Source: a virus (taxonomy: Duplodnaviria; Caudoviricetes). From it: a DNA stretch of 64,000 nt. A program made the position numbers and the translations under genes. The DNA lies in IMG/VR virus record IMGVR_UViG_3300044551_000092, positions 1 to 64,000 of that record. One strand, 5' to 3'. Each line of letters opens with the position of its first letter. Within the stretch, counting starts at the first letter, position 1. Shown in pieces: positions 41,243 to 50,930 of this stretch. The notes under the pieces were generated by a model. It was not told the origin of the DNA. It ran no database searches and was given only the letters and a program-made list of their open reading frames with translations.

Positions 41243-41398
41243 TCTGTTTCACCGCCATTCCATTACTATTTTATCATAATACACCTGAAACTATAACTTA
41301 ACAAAGTGATAATTGCTTTTTCTACTAATTTTTAAGAGTTAAAACTATTTCGGGAATCGAACCCGAACAAAGCCAGACCACTGGAACAGTCTAAAAAG

Positions 41399-42328
41399 TT
41401 ATCGTATGGCGAACGGAGTCTGAGTTGCTGCTTGTGCGAATGGATCACTGGTTGTTGGTACTGCCGCCCCACCCTGCTGGGCGAAAGCATTGCTTCCAAA
41501 TACAGAAGCCTTTGCAAAGATACTATTTTGTGTCGTCGGCGGAGTGGATTTAGAAATTTCCTTCCCTGCCGTTTCCTCTACCAGATCAACAATTAGTTTT
41601 TCATAAATCGATGCCAATAAGCGTCGTTCATTGACATGAGAGTTTGTTGTACTGTAATCAATTAAATATACGATTTCTGTATTATTCTGATCCAATGCAA
41701 CTCGGCCGGAAGGCGAATAACTACCGGCAACCTTTGCTGTCATAACCGTACCTTCATTGACTATTGGAATAAAACGTTTTTTGGCAGGAAACATAGTAGC
41801 ATTGAAACGATCAGAAAATGTATCATCTTGCTGATTATAAATTTTATTATAACCAGAAACCACCGGCTGATTATTTTGATTTAGCTTAATATAAAAGTCT
41901 TCTTTGAGCATATGAAACGGAGATGCCTCGTCTGTTATCGTCATAGCTACCTTGATGCTATTTCGTAATTCAAAGACTGTAAACCATAATCCCTTCTCTT
42001 GATATTCTGCGTACTTGTTTTGATTCTGGCGAATTTCTACATTTACGCCCTGTACGAATTGCTGATAAACTTTACCAAGCAAACTATAAATAATACTGAA
42101 CTTTTTTATAATTAACGTGTCAAAATGGCCACTTGCTACGAACACCTTGTTATTGTACTGTGAACGATTGATAAAATATTTCAAGCTCCACCCTGCCGTG
42201 ATTGACTGAGACTTATCAGTGACATACACCGGAAGCTGACCTCGTTCATTGATCTGATTTCCGACCGTTACACTTGTGTTCTTTTCAATAATATCTTTAA
42301 TTCCAGATAAGATACTCATAAAAAACAT
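41399..42328 (-). CDS. Hypothetical protein
   Basis: 309 aa, GGGGAG RBS. Confidence 0.7.
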   Translation of the reverse strand: MFFMSILSGIKDIIEKNTSVTVGNQINERGQLPVYVTDKSQSITAGWSLKYFINRSQYNNKVFVASGHFDTLIIKKFSIIYSLLGKVYQQFVQGVNVEIRQNQNKYAEYQEKGLWFTVFELRNSIKVAMTITDEASPFHMLKEDFYIKLNQNNQPVVSGYNKIYNQQDDTFSDRFNATMFPAKKRFIPIVNEGTVMTAKVAGSYSPSGRVALDQNNTEIVYLIDYSTTNSHVNERRLLASIYEKLIVDLVEETAGKEISKSTPPTTQNSIFAKASVFGSNAFAQQGGAAVPTTSDPFAQAATQTPFAIR

Positions 42329-42360
42329 CTCCCTATATGATAGTTATATTTTCATTGCAT

Positions 42361-42374
42361 TGGCCGACAGGCCA
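42361..42374 (-). promoter_or_regulatory. Recurrent hairpin motif copy 4 (TGGCC-TGTC-GGCCA)
   Basis: GC island in AT-rich DNA about 25 nt above the RBS. Confidence 0.65.
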
Positions 42375-42728
42375 TCAATAGCCTATAGAATGCTCAATAA
42401 TTAAAGTTATCTGATTCGCGATATGATTGAAGTAGCAATAGCCAGAATAAATAATATAGGTAATAACTCTATATTACCTGTTAAAATAAGAAGACCTAAT
42501 ATAAAGACATAAAGCAGAATTCCTCACGACCTAATAAAATAATATTATATATTATATAAAAATATTATTGTATTTCACTAATAAATAATAAATATTAATA
42601 TATAAACATAAAAAATAATCATTTTGCTATTCTTGTTAAGATAAACTTCACAAGACGCAAAATGATAGTTAAACTCCGCCTACGCCTCACCAAGCTTCGG
42701 CGTTTAACGGCGGATTTTTATGTCTATA

Positions 42729-42911
42729 TTAAAGGTTTAATAGAATTGTAACGACAAATACAATACAAAATGGATAGAAAAATAATTCAAATCCACTCAG
42801 TTGATACCACGGATGTTTTGGATTAACTCTATAATTATAGAAATCAGGGTCATCAACGATGATCTTATGTTTCTTATTAAAGTACTTCCATTTATCCCTC
42901 GGAGATTCCAT
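42729..42911 (-). CDS. Small membrane protein
   Basis: AGGGGG RBS; C-terminal TM helix. Confidence 0.5.
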   Translation of the reverse strand: MESPRDKWKYFNKKHKIIVDDPDFYNYRVNPKHPWYQLSGFELFFYPFCIVFVVTILLNL

Positions 42912-42950
42912 GTCTATGCCCCCTATTATAATTATATTATCGCTTAACAT

Positions 42951-42964
42951 TTGCCGACAGGCAA
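42951..42964 (-). promoter_or_regulatory. Recurrent hairpin motif copy 5 (TTGCC-TGTC-GGCAA)
   Basis: 40 nt upstream of the start. Confidence 0.65.
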
Positions 42965-43345
42965 TTGACTGCTCAATATTATACTATTACAGTTATTTAT
43001 CTTATCGAGTATTCATTGAAATAAATGATAATTATCAATATATAATATTGAACAATCACTAAATGATGGAAATTTATCAGTCAATAATATTAAACAACCT
43101 CTAACTATAATATAAACAATAATATTTAATATTGCGCAATATATAAAATGTCATAAAAAGTGTAATCAATAATATCAAGCAGAAAATAATTGTAAACTTG
43201 TAAGTCAATTATAATATTGGGCAATGAATAAGTTGTAAACTAAGTTATCAGAAACAATATATGACAAAGAATAATTGAACTATATCAATTATAAGATAAT
43301 GTTAAGCAACATATGGCTTGTAGAATGAACAACGCCTTATAATAT

Positions 43346-43373
43346 GTGACAACCTATAATAAAATGCTATAAT
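43346..43373 (+). promoter_or_regulatory. Extended -10 SigA promoter
   Basis: GTGACA-16 nt-TATAAT with a TGn extension, before a GGGAGGGG RBS. Confidence 0.5.
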
Positions 43374-43395
43374 ATAGGACAATGATAGGGGAGGG

Positions 43396-44037
43396 GTGCA
43401 AAAAATGGAGGTACAGTACATCTCAATTGGTGATGCAGCCAAACGTATTGATGTTCCACAGCCAACTTTAAGATTCTGGGTGAATACGCTTGAAGAGTAT
43501 GGCATTCACTTCGTTAAACGGACAGATAGTGGTAAGCGTATCTTTGAGGACACCGATATCGACATTTTCAAATATATGCGGGATATAAGAAAAGAAATCG
43601 GTAAGAGAGCTGATGGCAAAGATACAGCTTACTATATCCGCGATACGGCTAAAAAAATGGGACTTATATTACGTTCGTACGAAGATGCCCCTCAGCCGCA
43701 TCCTCATACGCGTAAATCACGTGAACTCTTATCACAGGAAGATCTCAAAGAGCTATTATCCAGTGATAGGGTAAAAGAGTTCCTGTCTGCCGCTATTGAT
43801 CAACGTGTTAACGAACAGCTTGAACAAAATAAAAATGATATTCTTGAACAAGTCCATAAAGAGAATACTGAAGTTGAACAAAAACTGGATGACATCAAAA
43901 AGCAACTTGAATCTCGAGATCAAAAGCTAACGCAATTTATGCGTGAACTACTCGATCAGAGAAAAAAAGATCAACAACAACGAGAAACAGAAGCTCAAAC
44001 GAAAAAAGGATTTTTCTCAAGACTGTTCGGTGGTTAA
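43396..44037 (+). CDS. MerR-type HTH, coiled coil and amphipathic tail (RacA/TubY-like)
   Basis: ISIGDAAKRIDVPQPTLRFW...GKRIF...DI; ends KKGFFSRLFGG. Confidence 0.75.
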   Translation: MQKMEVQYISIGDAAKRIDVPQPTLRFWVNTLEEYGIHFVKRTDSGKRIFEDTDIDIFKYMRDIRKEIGKRADGKDTAYYIRDTAKKMGLILRSYEDAPQPHPHTRKSRELLSQEDLKELLSSDRVKEFLSAAIDQRVNEQLEQNKNDILEQVHKENTEVEQKLDDIKKQLESRDQKLTQFMRELLDQRKKDQQQRETEAQTKKGFFSRLFGG

Positions 44038-44546
44038 ACGGGCATCTTGACATCATATAAGTCCTCACGGGCTTTCCTAATATAATCAGACGTTTTCTGT
44101 AAAACAAATAATCTATTCAATGGGTTTGGATTTAAATCTTTTTGTCTATAATGAACTTTGTAGGCAAGTGATTTATAACGAAGCAAACCAAAGATTTCCT
44201 GCCAGAGATCGGCATGGCGAAGCAAATGACCTTTAGCCGTAATCCAGCCATCTCGTTCCCATTTATACATGTTTTTGTGCAGACCGGCGGACACCGAAGG
44301 TAAATCGGTATAAATGTGCAAAAAAGAAGGGGACTTTATTGCTTGAAGGCCCTGACGAAGAGCCATAAGCGTCATTCGAGTCACAGTTGCATTCTTTGCA
44401 TATCCACCAATTGTCTTTGTCATTTGCCGATCGTCAAGCATAGAAGAAAGGAGGGCACAATAACCACCATTACCTTCTTTGTCAGCAGAGCCGGAGATCC
44501 ACATATCAATCCGGAGCTTTGTATAAGCAATTCGGCCTGAAGCCAT
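44034..44546 (-). CDS. RNase HI homologue, predicted inactive
   Basis: WISGS (D to S), RMTL (E to T), YTD, W...GW...HADLWQEI. Confidence 0.75.
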   Translation of the reverse strand: MASGRIAYTKLRIDMWISGSADKEGNGGYCALLSSMLDDRQMTKTIGGYAKNATVTRMTLMALRQGLQAIKSPSFLHIYTDLPSVSAGLHKNMYKWERDGWITAKGHLLRHADLWQEIFGLLRYKSLAYKVHYRQKDLNPNPLNRLFVLQKTSDYIRKAREDLYDVKMPV

Positions 44547-44726
44547 CTAGATCACCTTATTTCTGACGCTTTATCTGATAATAGTTAATGAGTATCATAA
44601 TTAGATAAACTGGCCACAAGAAAATATAGAATAAAGCAAAGAGTAAATTGACTAAAACCTGTTGACGATTCGATGTTCGGAGAAGCTGTAATATAAAAAT
44701 AAAAATGCCAATCAAAACATAGAACA

Positions 44727-45212
44727 TCAAAAGGGTACACTCCTTTGCTCAAACGTTTGTTTAATAATTTGCCTTCGTAATTCCATCAACATTTTGCCCA
44801 ACATATTCATCCCATTATCGTCACGGCCACATCCCCAAAATTCATCATTGATGTTTCCCTCAATTAAAATAGCATCACCCGTATCAAGTAATAACTTTTT
44901 TAAATCAGGATTCTGTATAAATTTAGCCTTAATAGCTTTCTTCATGGCATCTAAGCGTCCCTGAGCGTCCCAGTGCGGCGCAAGACGATATCGACGACTG
45001 TTTCCCATGCGCTTAGCCAAATAGGGCTTAGGAGCCCTTCTAATCGATTCCTGATACTCTGGATTAAAAGGGAACTTCATCGCTTGAAAATAATGCTCGA
45101 CCGAAGGCCAAACCTGACCGTTAATCGTGAAATTCCGCATGTAAAAATTACTCAATTCAAAATACCGCGTGCTATGTGAGAAAAAACGTATTTCTTTAGA
45201 CATCAGATACAC
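44727..45212 (-). CDS. NADAR (YbiA-like) ADP-ribosylhydrolase family
   Basis: LSNFY, WPSVEHYFQAMKF, AKFIQN, LLDTGDAILIE, FWG, G.NMLGKMLMELR. Confidence 0.93.
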   Translation of the reverse strand: MYLMSKEIRFFSHSTRYFELSNFYMRNFTINGQVWPSVEHYFQAMKFPFNPEYQESIRRAPKPYLAKRMGNSRRYRLAPHWDAQGRLDAMKKAIKAKFIQNPDLKKLLLDTGDAILIEGNINDEFWGCGRDDNGMNMLGKMLMELRRQIIKQTFEQRSVPF

Positions 45213-45213
45213 C

Positions 45214-45702
45214 TCAATTTAATTTATAAATAAATACGGTCATTTTAAACTGGTCTGACAATATATCCAGCATGTGTGAGACAGATGGCCAGTTGCCGCC
45301 GGCTAGTCCGCACCCCATGCCGTAAGGGAAACCGATTTTTATCAGCCAACCTCTAAAAATAGAATCTCTATTTGTAGAAATAAAACGAAACATACTTTGT
45401 AATGATGATCTTAACGCTTGATAGTCCGTATATTTTATATCTCGTCCATAGCGATATTGCCCATATAGATTGAAAACTGCACGGTTAGGACAAATAAAAT
45501 AAGAAAACTTTCCTAAACGTTCCTGTGGAGAAAATGGAAAAGTCTTATCTGCTAGATAGGCACCGGGATACATCTTTTTGATCTGACGTGCAAAACCAGC
45601 ACCCATGACTGAAAAACAATTACACTGCTGACCAATAATAGTACAGTCGCTTCTTAACAGATCACCTTGAACAAATCGAAGCAAGTTATCATCTCCAATC
45701 AA
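45214..45702 (-). CDS. Macro domain (Poa1p/DarG-like)
   Basis: GDLL, QCNC..MGAGFA, NLYGQ, TDY.AL, GCGLAGGNW. Confidence 0.9.
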   Translation of the reverse strand: MIGDDNLLRFVQGDLLRSDCTIIGQQCNCFSVMGAGFARQIKKMYPGAYLADKTFPFSPQERLGKFSYFICPNRAVFNLYGQYRYGRDIKYTDYQALRSSLQSMFRFISTNRDSIFRGWLIKIGFPYGMGCGLAGGNWPSVSHMLDILSDQFKMTVFIYKLN

Positions 45703-45706
45703 TTAA

Positions 45707-46225
45707 TTAAAATGTCACAACGCGATAGGGAAGGCCAGCTTGTTTAGCAATGTCGATCATATGCTGAGTCCCGGGAGTTCCACCATGTTGCATAAACGCT
45801 ACCAGGGCATCCGCGTGTTCAGCCATATCCACATTTCGCATAAAGCCGGCTTGCTTGCCAAATCGTCCCCAGTCTGCCGGATAACAGTCGATAAAATACC
45901 CTTTCTCCTGAGCGTAACGTTCACCAAGAGTATCGGCACCGCGGGCAGCACCAGACACAACTACAAGACCAATGGGATTTCTATTCCTTAGAAAATAATT
46001 AAGACATCGTTTCAGCTTTACATAATCTTGAAATGTTCGGCTTCCTGCTACTATCACACGAAACACATCATTACGAGATGACAGAACATGATAAGTCACA
46101 AAAGAAATAGATCGACCGTCTTCAGTAGATAATCGATTGAAATCATTGTTATCGTTACAGTATCGAATACACATCAGATTATGAAAACGTGATGTATGAT
46201 CAATATACTGTACGAGATAAGGCAT
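45707..46225 (-). CDS. SLOG-family (YspA / DUF2493) protein
   Basis: IVAGSRTF, VSGAARGAD, ADW..GK.AG..RN..M, GT.HMI; start moved behind GGAGGTGA. Confidence 0.88.
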   Translation of the reverse strand: MPYLVQYIDHTSRFHNLMCIRYCNDNNDFNRLSTEDGRSISFVTYHVLSSRNDVFRVIVAGSRTFQDYVKLKRCLNYFLRNRNPIGLVVVSGAARGADTLGERYAQEKGYFIDCYPADWGRFGKQAGFMRNVDMAEHADALVAFMQHGGTPGTQHMIDIAKQAGLPYRVVTF

Positions 46226-46245
46226 ATTTCTCACCTCCGCTACAC

Positions 46246-46259
46246 AAGCCGATAGGCTT
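46246..46259 (-). promoter_or_regulatory. Recurrent hairpin motif copy 6 (AAGCC-TATC-GGCTT)
   Basis: 7 nt above the RBS of the SLOG-macro-NADAR operon. Confidence 0.65.
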
Positions 46260-46311
46260 ATTGTGGAACAAGTGAAATAGGGGAGTGGCCCCATACAAAT
46301 AGCGAGCGCCT

Positions 46312-46587
46312 TCAAGCGTGAATATCAGTGATAACTACAAAAGTATTGTTCCCTTTTTGCTTTTGAACGGTTTTTTTAAGACATTTTTCAACACAGTTAT
46401 ATTCCTTTGCAAAACTTAAATTTGCTGGAATGAGAATCATAGCAAACGAAGGAGTATTGGATATAAATTTACAAAGCCGCTTTTTGACTAAAAAATGCTT
46501 TTTTTCGTATCGAGAAAAACCGATAAAAAAGCGTACACATACTTTTTTTCTAATGGGCGGATGCGCTAAATTCCGTTTGTGTTTCAT
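46312..46587 (-). CDS. Hypothetical basic protein
   Basis: GGAGG RBS. Confidence 0.5.
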   Translation of the reverse strand: MKHKRNLAHPPIRKKVCVRFFIGFSRYEKKHFLVKKRLCKFISNTPSFAMILIPANLSFAKEYNCVEKCLKKTVQKQKGNNTFVVITDIHA

Positions 46588-46908
46588 AAAAAATCCTCCG
46601 AATCTATAATTTATCTTATTTTTTAGATTCTAAAGCTGCAATTTTTCGCTTTTCTTGAACTATTCGAAGGCGTAATGCCTCCATTTGTCTGTCATGTGCT
46701 CTTTTATCTCTTTTATCCTTAGCATCATCAATAAAAAAAGAAATAATAAAGATTGAAGTAACAACTGCAGCCAAAATATTTAGATACACAATACCATATC
46801 CTTTCTAAAATATAGAAGATTATTAGAAAAAAATCAAGATAATACAAGATAATATATGAAACACAAAGAAACATAAGAAAATCCCCTTAAAAATAGAAGA
46901 GGAGGCTA

Positions 46909-47433
46909 TTATAACTTTCGATAGGCAAGCATATTAGCCGTTTCTGGATTAAATTGAATATCTTGAAATCCAGAAGCACCATAAAAATCCCGAAGAGCAG
47001 GAATCGGCGTATATTCTACGCAAGCACACTTCATACCGACATATTTTTGAGCATAATAAATAAGCTCAATGGCTTGATCGATAAGTACAGAGCCCTTAAC
47101 AATTCCCTTAAACCGATCACTACGTCCAAGCTGAGCAATTAAATAACACGAGAAATTATCATCCCGGGCACCAACTTTACGGCGAATGCTATTAGATACA
47201 TCATCATGTAAAAAAAATTGCTTAACCATCAAAGTAAAATAACCGATTAATTGATAGTCATTACTAAAACACAAATGAGTTGCAGAAAGATTCTGAGCAT
47301 CTATTGCTAATGCTGACCTTTGGAGAAATCGCTGAACATTCAAATCTTTCTCACACGAAAAAGAAGAAAGGACGTTATTTAGACTCCTTTCTCCTAAAAG
47401 ATTTTTTGCTTTAGTTAATCGTATTACTCTCAT
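46909..47433 (-). CDS. GNAT acetyltransferase, toxin-like
   Basis: FSC...V..FL, LIGYFTL, YLIAQLGR, L.DFY...GF. Confidence 0.75.
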   Translation of the reverse strand: MRVIRLTKAKNLLGERSLNNVLSSFSCEKDLNVQRFLQRSALAIDAQNLSATHLCFSNDYQLIGYFTLMVKQFFLHDDVSNSIRRKVGARDDNFSCYLIAQLGRSDRFKGIVKGSVLIDQAIELIYYAQKYVGMKCACVEYTPIPALRDFYGASGFQDIQFNPETANMLAYRKL

Positions 47434-47717
47434 CGTTTATCCCATGCCTCCCGAAGTTCTTGATAATATTTTTCTTGCTCCTTTTTTGGAAGGAGATCGA
47501 CAAATACAGTATTATCTACCTTCGGATGAGAAGGGGTGGGAGCTTTATCAGCTGCGATTATACGTTCACAAGCTTCCTTATCAAGAACAAATTCATCGTC
47601 ACGCAAAAAGTGTAGGGTAGGATCGTTTAAATCAAGTTCATTATTGTTTTTCACTTTTTCTTCCAATTTTCTCATCTCCTTAGCCTTACTTTCATTCATC
47701 ATATCATGTCCTTTCAC
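47430..47717 (-). CDS. Small protein coupled to the GNAT; possible antitoxin
   Basis: ATGA overlap; VLDKEACERII motif. Confidence 0.5.
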   Translation of the reverse strand: MKGHDMMNESKAKEMRKLEEKVKNNNELDLNDPTLHFLRDDEFVLDKEACERIIAADKAPTPSHPKVDNTVFVDLLPKKEQEKYYQELREAWDKR

Positions 47718-47754
47718 TCTTATCCATAGGATTGACTGAAAGGACGTGATTTAG

Positions 47755-48054
47755 TCAATCAAAGGCGCGTTGATTAACCCGTTTAGCTGCCTCCTCGACA
47801 GAAATCATCTGATTTTCCTGTCGATCAAAAATTTGATTAAATCGTACATCTTCCGGGGTCGTCCATAATAAGACACGGTTCATGGAGCAGAATGTTGAGG
47901 GGCGCGCTGAGTTAACCCAAACTTCTGCCGTATCTTCTTTGCTATTAACGGTAAAATAGATATATCCCTGACTGCTGGTTGCTTCCTTTGCCGCCGCATA
48001 AATATCTTTTACTGTAATCATAAGAACACATCTCCTTTTTTTATATTGTATCAT
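47755..48054 (-). CDS. Hypothetical protein
   Basis: AAGGAG RBS before MITVKD. Confidence 0.55.
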   Translation of the reverse strand: MIQYKKRRCVLMITVKDIYAAAKEATSSQGYIYFTVNSKEDTAEVWVNSARPSTFCSMNRVLLWTTPEDVRFNQIFDRQENQMISVEEAAKRVNQRAFD

Positions 48055-48450
48055 TTAATTTATATCTGAATACTCACCCGATAAGTATTTTCCGAGCAAC
48101 TTATAAAGCGTAAAAATTATATCAAGATCTTGATCACCCACGCACTGAACTAAAAATTGTTTAATTACGTTGTTTGTTTCATTATCAGGAAGACACCGGA
48201 ATAGTTGTTCTAGATTAGATGGTTTATCATTTAAATCAGCCACTACTTTATAATTTACCACGGCTTTATCAAATTCAGATAACGGAACATAAATCAGTGC
48301 CTTCGAAGGTTTATCAAGCCGTATGCCTGAACCCTGTCGATGACTTAAACTTGCCATCAATGTACATTCAAGGAACAATTTATTATTTTCAATCTCTGCT
48401 GAATTAATGACGCCAGAAAGATTTTTATGATAGTCCTTCATTATACGCAC
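48055..48450 (-). CDS. Hypothetical protein, paralogue of 53839-54210
   Basis: Shared SA.....DKP...PL..F.KA...KP..L..LF...IK.FL...Q...II. Confidence 0.65.
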   Translation of the reverse strand: MRIMKDYHKNLSGVINSAEIENNKLFLECTLMASLSHRQGSGIRLDKPSKALIYVPLSEFDKAVVNYKVVADLNDKPSNLEQLFRCLPDNETNNVIKQFLVQCVGDQDLDIIFTLYKLLGKYLSGEYSDIN

Positions 48451-48568
48451 CTCTTAACATAGTTGAATTATCCGTGAAAATTACTCATAAATTTATTATA
48501 TCCCAAATAATGAACCAAATCGGAGATATTATCGATCAAATACGTAATACTATACGTAACACTAAGGT

Positions 48569-48763
48569 TTAATTATCATGTTGATGCAGTCCACGAATAA
48601 TACGATTTGCTGTCTGTTCATCGTCTACGTTTTTTGCGATAATAGCCGCCGGATGAGCATTGCCAATCGTGTAGAGTGACAGGATCTCCTTGTCTTGTGA
48701 GTTCCACACATACCAACCCTGCAAATAGCGGTCGGGAACGGGTAGATATTCAACCTTGTTCAT
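48569..48763 (-). CDS. Hypothetical protein
   Basis: GAAGGTG RBS. Confidence 0.5.
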   Translation of the reverse strand: MNKVEYLPVPDRYLQGWYVWNSQDKEILSLYTIGNAHPAAIIAKNVDDEQTANRIIRGLHQHDN

Positions 48764-48965
48764 TTTGTTGCACCTTCTTCATTAAAAATGGAGTAAGAAG
48801 CGATCGATTTTTAACCACGCGAATGAATTGACCCTTCACATAAGCCAGGGCACCTGAAAGGGCAACATACGAAAATCCATTATAGGCAACAATTAAGTCA
48901 AAACCATTGAAGGAATTGCGCCGTACGAAAAAGTGCGCCTTCTTCGGATCGATATATTGAGCCAT
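48750..48965 (-). CDS. Hypothetical protein
   Basis: AAGGAGG RBS before MAQYID. Confidence 0.6.
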   Translation of the reverse strand: MAQYIDPKKAHFFVRRNSFNGFDLIVAYNGFSYVALSGALAYVKGQFIRVVKNRSLLTPFLMKKVQQNEQG

Positions 48966-48969
48966 GAAA

Positions 48970-49425
48970 CTAAACCTCCTTAATTTTATCCATTGACAAA
49001 TTACAAAGTTCATCGGTACGTTCATTTCATCGGATACCGGCATGTCCTGGAACGCGCTGAACCGAAATGTCTTTAAAACGTACAATCAGTTTCTTAACCT
49101 GAATCCACAAATCACGATTTTTTACAGGCTTTTTATTAGACGTCCGCCAACCGTTATTCAGCCAATGATCAAGACTTCCTGTATTAATATTGTGGATTAC
49201 ATACGAACTGTCACAGAAAACAATAACTGGGATATCATATCGTTTGAGTTCTGATAAACCGTTTATGAGAGCTGTCAATTCCATACGATTATTGGTCGTA
49301 TTCATTTCCGAATGAAAAAATTCCTTATGATATTTGCCAAAACACAAGACGACAGCCCACGCTCCGATATTATTGGACTGTCCATTTCCCCGGCAGCCAC
49401 CGTCACAATACAGATGAATATTCAT
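48970..49425 (-). pseudogene. rnhA: RNase HI with an in-frame TGA at 49027-49029
   Basis: YCDGGC.GN, TTNNRMEL, CDSSY, VKNRDLW, GHAGIR*NERTDELC continues in frame. Confidence 0.85.
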
Positions 49426-49427
49426 TT

Positions 49428-49727
49428 TTACATCATCCTTTTAACATCATCTTTGATTTTGAATAGGTCTTTTCTGAGCTTAATTGTAATTCCTATAACC
49501 ATTAAAAAAAGCACGACTAGGAAAAGAACTAATAGTGCCGTATTTACCCCCCATATGTGGCCGAGAATATCAACGGCCAGATACAAAACGAGCAAGCTGC
49601 CAACCAGAATTGAAGCAAAAATGAAGAAAGCAGTAAGTGACAATATATTCCTCTCGTGTTTCATTAGAAAATCTTCTTTCATTTGATTTTTAGAAATCAT
49701 AAATTCAAAACATAAGCCGATAGGCAT
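49428..49727 (-). CDS. Two-TM membrane protein (true start probably internal)
   Basis: Two hydrophobic helices. Confidence 0.55.
   Translation of the reverse strand: MPIGLCFEFMISKNQMKEDFLMKHERNILSLTAFFIFASILVGSLLVLYLAVDILGHIWGVNTALLVLFLVVLFLMVIGITIKLRKDLFKIKDDVKRMM
49716..49725 (-). promoter_or_regulatory. Recurrent hairpin motif copy 7 (GCC-TATC-GGC-TT-ATG)
   Basis: At the head of a gene run below an 800-bp gene-free region. Confidence 0.55.
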
Positions 49728-50546
49728 TTAAAATTGCTTACAATATATGAGAAAAATGTTCGCCTTTTCTGGACGTTTTTGCTGAAAAAGGCGAACGTTA
49801 TGTGAACATTAAGTGAACAAATCTCAGAAATGTAGAAAAACAGCGTTTTTACCGGTAAGTATTTTAATAGTAGGGAGACCTTTTTAAGAGAAGAAAAACT
49901 TAACAGTAAAGTTTCTCCAAAACGTGCAGAAAACTTTACCAGTTAGATTTCGGCGTTTTCTAGTTCAGAAAAAGGTTTGAAAAAAACAGAAAGAAGGTCT
50001 GTACAGAATGGATAAAAAATCCTATAAAAATAAAAGCACTGAGTTAGAAAGTATTTCCTCTAACACAGTATCGATTCTGGTCTATGTAGATAGGAAACAC
50101 TTGGAAACAACAAGTATTCTCTGATAGGCCAGAAAAAGAAGAAAAAATTACCGCTCAAAATAGAAAGAAGAAATTCCTATTTTAACCAATATGATCTCCC
50201 GTACAGAAGGGACAGTAGAACTCTCAACGGTAACTTGAAATCTTACAAATTCCCTAGAAAAATGAAATTTCAGGTCACCGTTAAGAGTTCTGACTTATGG
50301 GGAGTGGACTGTCCTTTTATAAAGTACAGTAAACATTGGAAAAAGATGAAAAAATTTAAGCATTGGAGAGACTGGTGGGAAGTTATATATCACAAAAATC
50401 AGAAAACTTGTTTAAAAATGCTTCACAACGGAAAATTCCGCTTGGCGCCACTGATCACACGTTTAAATCTCTTATCAATCGTCAATGCTTTAAAATAAAA
50501 CTAAGCATTCTAGCTGGTATTGCAGCCGCAAGGCTGTTTTTTTATG

Positions 50547-50924
50547 CTAATCCCAGACAGGGTAGTGCTTTTCAATTATTCGAAAAATCTTTTCAAGCGT
50601 ATAACAAGGAGCTTGTGCTTTCCATTCTAGTGGAGAATTATATAACAATTTTAATGTAAAAGACCAATATTGCTTATCTTGCTTATCTTTTTGATAAGTA
50701 ATTATTCCTTGATATTGAAAAAATGACCAATGCAAATAGATATAAGGGTTTGGATAATCATTTTCCTGGCTAGAAAAGCTAGACGAAAAAAAGCCAGGCC
50801 AATTGGAAACAACATAATTCATGACATCAAAAATTTGTTCAGCAGACATGTTTGTTTCAAATTTCATTTGAGCAAGATCAAAATGATACTTATTTCGTCG
50901 TATATATTCTTCTATTAACTCCAT
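50547..50924 (-). CDS. Hypothetical protein (MELI..Y start), related to 51841-52182
   Basis: Shared N-terminus, FDL, Y.G.....YW.F, TL. Confidence 0.6.
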   Translation of the reverse strand: MELIEEYIRRNKYHFDLAQMKFETNMSAEQIFDVMNYVVSNWPGFFSSSFSSQENDYPNPYIYLHWSFFQYQGIITYQKDKQDKQYWSFTLKLLYNSPLEWKAQAPCYTLEKIFRIIEKHYPVWD

Positions 50925-50930
50925 AAAATA

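Noticed and set aside
50235-50659. Two + strand ORFs
   Set aside because: TTG starts without an RBS, A-tract-driven composition
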